From positions 1-59,090 of the forward strand of contig JAKPDB010000121.1 of assembly GCA_029552985.1 (NCBI GenBank): a DNA stretch of 59,090 nt, read 5' to 3'. Positions 54,075 through 59,090 of this stretch are shown here, piece after piece. Numbering within the stretch: position 1 is the first letter of the stretch; each line of letters starts with the position of its first letter. A model generated the notes under the pieces. That model had not been told where the DNA came from and did not search any database. It saw only the letters and a list, made by a program, of their open reading frames with translations. The translations under genes and the position numbers were made by a program. Origin of the DNA: a bacterium. Lineage in GTDB: Bacteria > Ratteibacteria > UBA8468 > B48-G9 > DTJG01.

Positions 54075-55895
54075 CTAAAAATATGGATTTGTATCAACAG
54101 AGTAATTGCTAATCCTATATTTTTCAAGCACATTTTCAAGAAGAGCAAACGAATGCTTTCTTTCTGTGATTTTCCATAAAAATACTGTTTTTTGTATATC
54201 TTCAGAGACCTCATAAATTTCACCGTTTTTTTTCAATTCTTCAAACACCTGGTCTCTGTTTTTTTTCCAGTGTTTTCCAGAAACACTGATTTCAATCAAG
54301 TCCCCATAAGGCGGAAACATAAGATTTCCTCTTATCGCCAGTTCACGGCTGTAGAAACTTTCATGGCTATTGTTAACAACATCTGTGTAAAGTTCAAGTC
54401 CTGGATTCCTGGTTTGAATAATTATGGTGTGTTGCGGTTTCATCATTCGCTTGATTTTCTCAATAAGGAGAAAAAATTTTTCTTCACTTCTGAAAACACT
54501 TCTTGCAGCAATCATGTCAGCATCAGTAAAAATCAAAAGAAATGGAGAAATTTCAGCAAGATGGGAAACAAGATGTTGCGTACCTATGATAATTTGCAGG
54601 TTTAAATCAATGTTTTCGCTGTCATTCTGAACACCCACACGAAAATCCGGATACATTGTTTTCAAAATTCCTGCAATTTTCTGAATTCCCAACTGTCTCA
54701 TACTGAGCTTTGCTTTTTTACATGTGGGGCATTTTCCTGAAATATCAAAAAATTTTTTACACTTTGTGCAGAAAGCGAATCTTTCAGATACAGGCATCAC
54801 AGGGCTTTTACATTCCTTGCACAAAACAGCTGCACCACAATTTTTGCATATTACCAATCTTGCATATCCTTTGAGATTATGAATGATAACAACCTTTTCT
54901 TTTTCAAGTACGCATTGTTCAAGAAAATGTCTTGATGTGTCTGTAAGAATATCATATTGTTTTTTACTCTGAATCCTGCTTATCACAAGTTTGGGAAAAT
55001 TTTTTTGTTGTGTTTCTACCAAAACCGCCTTTTTTGTCCTTACCATAAAAATATCAGTAATATCTGGTTGCAACGTCGTGAAAATTACACACACACCCAG
55101 CAATTCAGAAATTTTTATTGCAACTTCTCTTGATGTATAACGAGGCGATTGATTTTCCTTATGACCATATTCAGAAGGTTCATCCACAATAAGAATTTTC
55201 AGGTCAGAAACAGGGGTAAAAAGCGCAAGACGGGTTCCGACAATAATAAGATTTTTTCCATTCAGTATCCTGTGCCAGCAAAGTGTTTTTTCTGTCTTGC
55301 TTGATTGCCCTGTATAAAGTATCACCCTATTTCCAAAAATATTTTTCAATGCTGCTGCGTATTTTTTTGCGTCAAGATAATTGCTAACAATAAATACACA
55401 TGAACCATTAGTTCGTGATGGAACTGATAGGAAAAATTCTATTTTTTCTTCTATCCTGTTAAGATGTAGAATAAAAATCTTCTCACCAGAGTTTTTAATA
55501 TTCTCAAAAATCCTGTCTGCTGTCTCACTTTTAAAATCAACAGTACTTATATTGCATGATGACCCAATTTTTGTACCTAATTTTCTTAAACTGAGATTCT
55601 TGCTCATCATCGCAAGAACTGAACCTACTGAAGAAAAATATATTTGTGCTATTTCAAATGCAAGATTCAGAAGATGTTGCGGAATCAATGGATGTTCGTC
55701 GTACACTTTCAAAATTTTTTTGTATTGATATGGACCTTCTACTCCTGGCCCAATGACCCAGCCAAGCATTTTTCTTTTTCCAAAAGGAACAAGAACCCTT
55801 TGCCCTGGCTCCAGAGGAATGTCTGTTTTATAAGTAAAATTTGTTCTGGCAGGAATGTCAACCGCAATGGAAACAAGCATCTGCTGATTGGTCAT
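54075..55895 (-). CDS. priA: Primosomal protein N' with degenerate helicase motifs
   Basis: N-terminal FTY...GQRVLVPFG, VGTRLALF, four CxxC pairs, GTQ, R..LMFPPY; Walker A and motif VI not recognisable. Confidence 0.85.
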   Translation of the reverse strand: MTNQQMLVSIAVDIPARTNFTYKTDIPLEPGQRVLVPFGKRKMLGWVIGPGVEGPYQYKKILKVYDEHPLIPQHLLNLAFEIAQIYFSSVGSVLAMMSKNLSLRKLGTKIGSSCNISTVDFKSETADRIFENIKNSGEKIFILHLNRIEEKIEFFLSVPSRTNGSCVFIVSNYLDAKKYAAALKNIFGNRVILYTGQSSKTEKTLCWHRILNGKNLIIVGTRLALFTPVSDLKILIVDEPSEYGHKENQSPRYTSREVAIKISELLGVCVIFTTLQPDITDIFMVRTKKAVLVETQQKNFPKLVISRIQSKKQYDILTDTSRHFLEQCVLEKEKVVIIHNLKGYARLVICKNCGAAVLCKECKSPVMPVSERFAFCTKCKKFFDISGKCPTCKKAKLSMRQLGIQKIAGILKTMYPDFRVGVQNDSENIDLNLQIIIGTQHLVSHLAEISPFLLIFTDADMIAARSVFRSEEKFFLLIEKIKRMMKPQHTIIIQTRNPGLELYTDVVNNSHESFYSRELAIRGNLMFPPYGDLIEISVSGKHWKKNRDQVFEELKKNGEIYEVSEDIQKTVFLWKITERKHSFALLENVLEKYRISNYSVDTNPYF

Positions 55896-55898
55896 GAT

Positions 55899-57674
55899 TC
55901 AGAACAATAGTGCTTCTGTAAAAATTTCTTGAAAAGACGGAAAAAGGGATAATTCAATAGTTTTTGTTATTCCTGAAATGTATTCAATGTCCTTTCTTAA
56001 ATCAGCATTACACAAAAATAGTAATGTGGACGCAAGAGAAGTATTGCCTGAAGGAATAATTTTTTCTGAAGGAAATTCAGGAAGCATCTTCAATGTTTTT
56101 AAATTTTCAATGTTAACAAAATTGCCAAGAGCACCCGCAAGATACACGTTTTCTATATCATTAATCTCTACATTTCTTATCTTCATCAAAATCTCAATTC
56201 CACTTCTAATCGCTGCCTTTGCTGCCTGAAATTCTCTAACATCTTTCTGCGTGAGATAAACAGATTCAGGTTCAAGGATAAACAATTGGTTTCCATCCTG
56301 CGATTTTAGCATTTTCGCCAGTTGCGACGTGGACTGGTCATCAAATCTACCTGTTTCATTAATAATCCCCTGCTGTCTCAAAACTGTAACAAGATCCACA
56401 AGTCCCGAACCGCATATTCCCTTTAAACTATTTCCACCAATAATCTGCCAGTGGAGTTTCCCGTCAGAAAACCAGCATCGTTCAAGAGCGCCAGTTTGAG
56501 CACGCATCCCAAAAGTGATTCTACCGCCTTCAAAAGCAGGTCCAGCAGCAGTTGATGCTGCGATAATTCCATCTTTATTCCCAATAACTATTTCTCCATT
56601 TGTACCAATATCAATTCCCATTTGAATGTTTTCTGATCTGTGAATACCTGTAGCAAGAATTAACCCAGTTGTGTCTCCTCCAACAAATCCGCCAAGTACA
56701 GGAAAAATGAATAATCTACCTTCAGAATTGATATGCAAACCAGCTTTATATGCTGGAAATTCAACTGGTCCTTTCATGACAGGATTGAAAGGAATTTTAC
56801 TCAATGTTAATAGTGGCAGGTTCAAAAAAATGTGTTCCATCACAGTATTGCCCGATAATACAAACTGATATATGTGATGATTCTTAATACCTGCTGTTTT
56901 TACCGCCTCATCAATCATCTTATTAATTTCATCAATCACAACCCTGCATAGAGTGTTCAATCCGGATTCTTTTAAGCTGAAATCTATCCTGCTTATCACA
57001 TCATCCCCGAATTTAATCTGGGGATTTGGTCTAACGACAGTCACAACCTCCCTGCAATTAACAAGGTCAAACAAAGTCAAAACCATTGTGGTGGTACCCA
57101 GGTCAAAGCCAATGCCATAGGTTTGTTGTGTTGTGTCTCCTTTTTCAATCGCTATAATGCTTCCATTGTGAAAAACCACTGTAAAATCATTTCCCCGGGA
57201 TAAAGACGGTTCTCTGAGCAAAAGTGGATTCACCTGTTCAACACCCACTCCAAGAAACATGGCAATCTGTTGTTGCAATGAAACTGGATGATCAAGGGTA
57301 ATGGGCGGAAGCACCAGGTGTTTTTTTGTAATTTGTGGATTTCTCGGCATATCACACAAGACCTTAGTTGTAAGAATTTTGTGATATGAGGAACTTTTTC
57401 CTTCAATTAAAATTCTGCAATGATGATAAACTCTTGACTGACATGCAAGCCGCCACCCGGATTTTACCTTGCCGCCAAGAAGTTTTTTTTCTGTTTCTGT
57501 GGGCGCTGATGCGCCTTCAACAACAACTACTCCGCACTTTCCGCATACACCCTTCCCACCACATGGAAGTTCAAACGGAATCCCTGAACGTTCTATTGCA
57601 GAGATAATCTTACTTCCCTCAGGAACATCAACCTCAATCATCCCTGGTTCAAAAATCACCTTGATGTTTTTCAT
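55899..57674 (-). CDS. ASKHA-domain reductive activator of corrinoid proteins (RACo/DUF4445) with N-terminal 2Fe-2S ferredoxin
   Basis: CGGKGVCGKC...RLACQ, FDLGTTT, GDDVISRI, GFVGGD, DIGTNGE, AGPAFEG, GICGSG, LAGALG. Confidence 0.9.
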   Translation of the reverse strand: MKNIKVIFEPGMIEVDVPEGSKIISAIERSGIPFELPCGGKGVCGKCGVVVVEGASAPTETEKKLLGGKVKSGWRLACQSRVYHHCRILIEGKSSSYHKILTTKVLCDMPRNPQITKKHLVLPPITLDHPVSLQQQIAMFLGVGVEQVNPLLLREPSLSRGNDFTVVFHNGSIIAIEKGDTTQQTYGIGFDLGTTTMVLTLFDLVNCREVVTVVRPNPQIKFGDDVISRIDFSLKESGLNTLCRVVIDEINKMIDEAVKTAGIKNHHIYQFVLSGNTVMEHIFLNLPLLTLSKIPFNPVMKGPVEFPAYKAGLHINSEGRLFIFPVLGGFVGGDTTGLILATGIHRSENIQMGIDIGTNGEIVIGNKDGIIAASTAAGPAFEGGRITFGMRAQTGALERCWFSDGKLHWQIIGGNSLKGICGSGLVDLVTVLRQQGIINETGRFDDQSTSQLAKMLKSQDGNQLFILEPESVYLTQKDVREFQAAKAAIRSGIEILMKIRNVEINDIENVYLAGALGNFVNIENLKTLKMLPEFPSEKIIPSGNTSLASTLLFLCNADLRKDIEYISGITKTIELSLFPSFQEIFTEALLF

Positions 57675-57733
57675 TATGATACCTTTTTGTAAATGTGAGT
57701 AAGATTATATCCTGTTTTGAAAAATTAAAAAAG

Positions 57734-58606
57734 TTATCCGTTGCGATTTTTTGTCTTTTCCCAGCCAGAAAGAAAGCAGAAAAAACTATTGCCAATAGAA
57801 GCAATATCATAACCACCCTCAAGAACAATAAAAACAGGACATGAAACTCCTGAAGCAATCATTTTCGCCATATGGTAATAGTCAGAATCCACAAATCGCA
57901 GTTGAAGGAGCGGGTCATCTAAATGAGTGTCAAACCCGAGTGATATTCCAAGAATATCAGGTGCAAATCTTCTGATCAAACCTATTGCCTCAACCAGAAA
58001 AATCTTATAGTCAGAAAAAGCGGTGTTCGGCTTCACGGGAAAATTATAACAATTCGAAAAACTCACCAGCCCTGTTCCAGGATATGCGGGATGCTGATGA
58101 ATAGAAACAAAAATGACACGATCAACATCCTTAAATATTGATTCAGTGCCGTTTCCATGATGTCCGTCCAGGTCCAGAATCGCAACTTTTTTTACAGTCT
58201 TTAAACAGTGTGTTGCAGCAATTGCCATATTGTTAAAATAACAAAACCCACCAAGAAAATCTTTCCCCGCGTGATGACCTGGCGGACGAATCAGAGCACA
58301 AGCGTCCCTTCTATCAAGCGCGCTCTGTGCCGCAGCGACAGCTCCGCCAGCAGACAAACATGCATAGAAGTAAATATCTGGAATGTTCGGGGTATCAGGG
58401 TCAAAAAAATTGTTATTTTTAACCATATTTACAAGTCGTTGTGAATGAACTTCCAGAAGTAAAGTTTCTGACACCTGCTCGAAGGAATGAAGTTGCTTCT
58501 TTCCTTTTTTTTCAAGAAAATTCACAATTGCTGAAAGTCGTTGTGGACATTCTGGATGCTCTGGTTCCCTGTATTCAAGAAGTTCTTTTCTAAAGAATAT
58601 TTCCAT
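57734..58606 (-). CDS. Histone deacetylase family (Zn-dependent) protein
   Basis: HPECPQRL, RPPGHHA, GFCYFNN, LDLDGHHGNGT, SLGFDTH..DPL, LEGGY; start ATG 58606. Confidence 0.92.
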   Translation of the reverse strand: MEIFFRKELLEYREPEHPECPQRLSAIVNFLEKKGKKQLHSFEQVSETLLLEVHSQRLVNMVKNNNFFDPDTPNIPDIYFYACLSAGGAVAAAQSALDRRDACALIRPPGHHAGKDFLGGFCYFNNMAIAATHCLKTVKKVAILDLDGHHGNGTESIFKDVDRVIFVSIHQHPAYPGTGLVSFSNCYNFPVKPNTAFSDYKIFLVEAIGLIRRFAPDILGISLGFDTHLDDPLLQLRFVDSDYYHMAKMIASGVSCPVFIVLEGGYDIASIGNSFFCFLSGWEKTKNRNG

Positions 58607-58636
58607 AATGATATTTTTTACCACATAAAAGTTGAG

Positions 58637-58664
58637 TTGACAATTTACCTTTTAATGGTAAACT
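58637..58664 (+). promoter_or_regulatory. Promoter of rplY
   Basis: TTGACA-16 nt-TAAACT. Confidence 0.6.
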
Positions 58665-58701
58665 AAATAGTCGCGATACAAAGCATCAGGAGGTAATAAA
58701 A

Positions 58702-59090
58702 ATGGTAGAAAAAGAAAAGAAACAGGTGAAATTTATTGCAAAAGTGAGAAATTCTGCAGGAAAAAGTACCAGCCGTGCTCTCAGAAGATCAGGATTTATT
58801 CCAGGGGTTCTTTATGGAGCAGGTGAGGACAATAAACTTCTTGCAGTGGACAAAAAATCCGCAGAAATTACTCTTAGACATGTTACAAGCCACAGTGTAA
58901 TGGCTGACCTTGAAATCCAGCACGATGGTGGAAAGGATGTTCTAAAAACAATTGTAAAAGAAGTCCAGACCAATCCCATTACAGGAGAAATTCTGCACAT
59001 AGATTTTTATCATATAGGTAAGAATCAACCAGTCCATTTAAGTGTTCCTATCAGATTGATCGGTGAATGCCCTGGAGTAAAAGAAGGTGG
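58702..59090 (+). CDS. rplY: 50S ribosomal protein L25/Ctc, partial (runs off the right edge)
   Basis: Not in the ORF track; manual translation MVEKEKKQVKFIAKVR..GKSTSRALRRSGFIPGVLYG...VKEVQTNPITGEILHIDF...VPIRLIGECPGVKEGG; SD AGGAGGT. Confidence 0.93.
   Translation, partial: MVEKEKKQVKFIAKVRNSAGKSTSRALRRSGFIPGVLYGAGEDNKLLAVDKKSAEITLRHVTSHSVMADLEIQHDGGKDVLKTIVKEVQTNPITGEILHIDFYHIGKNQPVHLSVPIRLIGECPGVKEG

Noticed and set aside
5106-57858. Numerous 60-200 aa antisense or alternative-frame ORFs in the track (for example 5106-5705, 6688-7197, 7729-8322, 8984-9538, 41041-41544)
   Set aside because: Each lies opposite or within a well-supported gene and shows F/I/S-rich shadow composition without motifs.
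1-59090. rRNA, transposases/IS ends, phage genes, defence systems, selenocysteine or stop-codon readthrough
   Set aside because: No supporting motifs seen; gene density is near complete with housekeeping and metabolic genes, and the only broken frame found is ackA.

Overview
AT-rich bacterial chromosomal window made up mostly of housekeeping genes: glnS, thrS-infC-rpmI-rplT, rpsA, ispH, ispE, dapF, mnmE, proS, prs, priA, partial rplY and three tRNAs (Asp-GTC, Gln-TTG, Cys-GCA). Accessory genes for glycan hydrolysis, redox control and fermentation (nagB, pta, ackA, POR gamma/delta, an ASKHA corrinoid activator, two URO-D-like proteins) are interspersed. The DUF1559-type prepilin protein and the Zn-ribbon SpoVG suggest an anaerobic PVC-superphylum-like organism, possibly Omnitrophota/Ratteibacteria-like; this is inference only. 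I found no CRISPR array, rRNA, transposase, integrase or prophage. Best leads: (1) an unannotated 24-aa basic ORF (38824-38898, minus) with its own near-consensus promoter and RBS that resembles actinobacterial ribosomal protein bL37; (2) an acyl carrier protein embedded in a plsC...nagB-pta-glmU-like-acp-ackA operon whose ackA is broken by a 1-nt frameshift on a slippery GGGGAAAAAA run; (3) a tRNA-Asp-linked 72-bp tandem repeat cassette, bounded by 7-bp direct repeats, in the thrS leader; (4) a CvpA protein fused to an 8-Cys domain next to TauE; (5) a very small ProRS, a PriA lacking helicase motifs and an apparently split GlmU. All family assignments come from motif recognition by eye, and no database searches were run.
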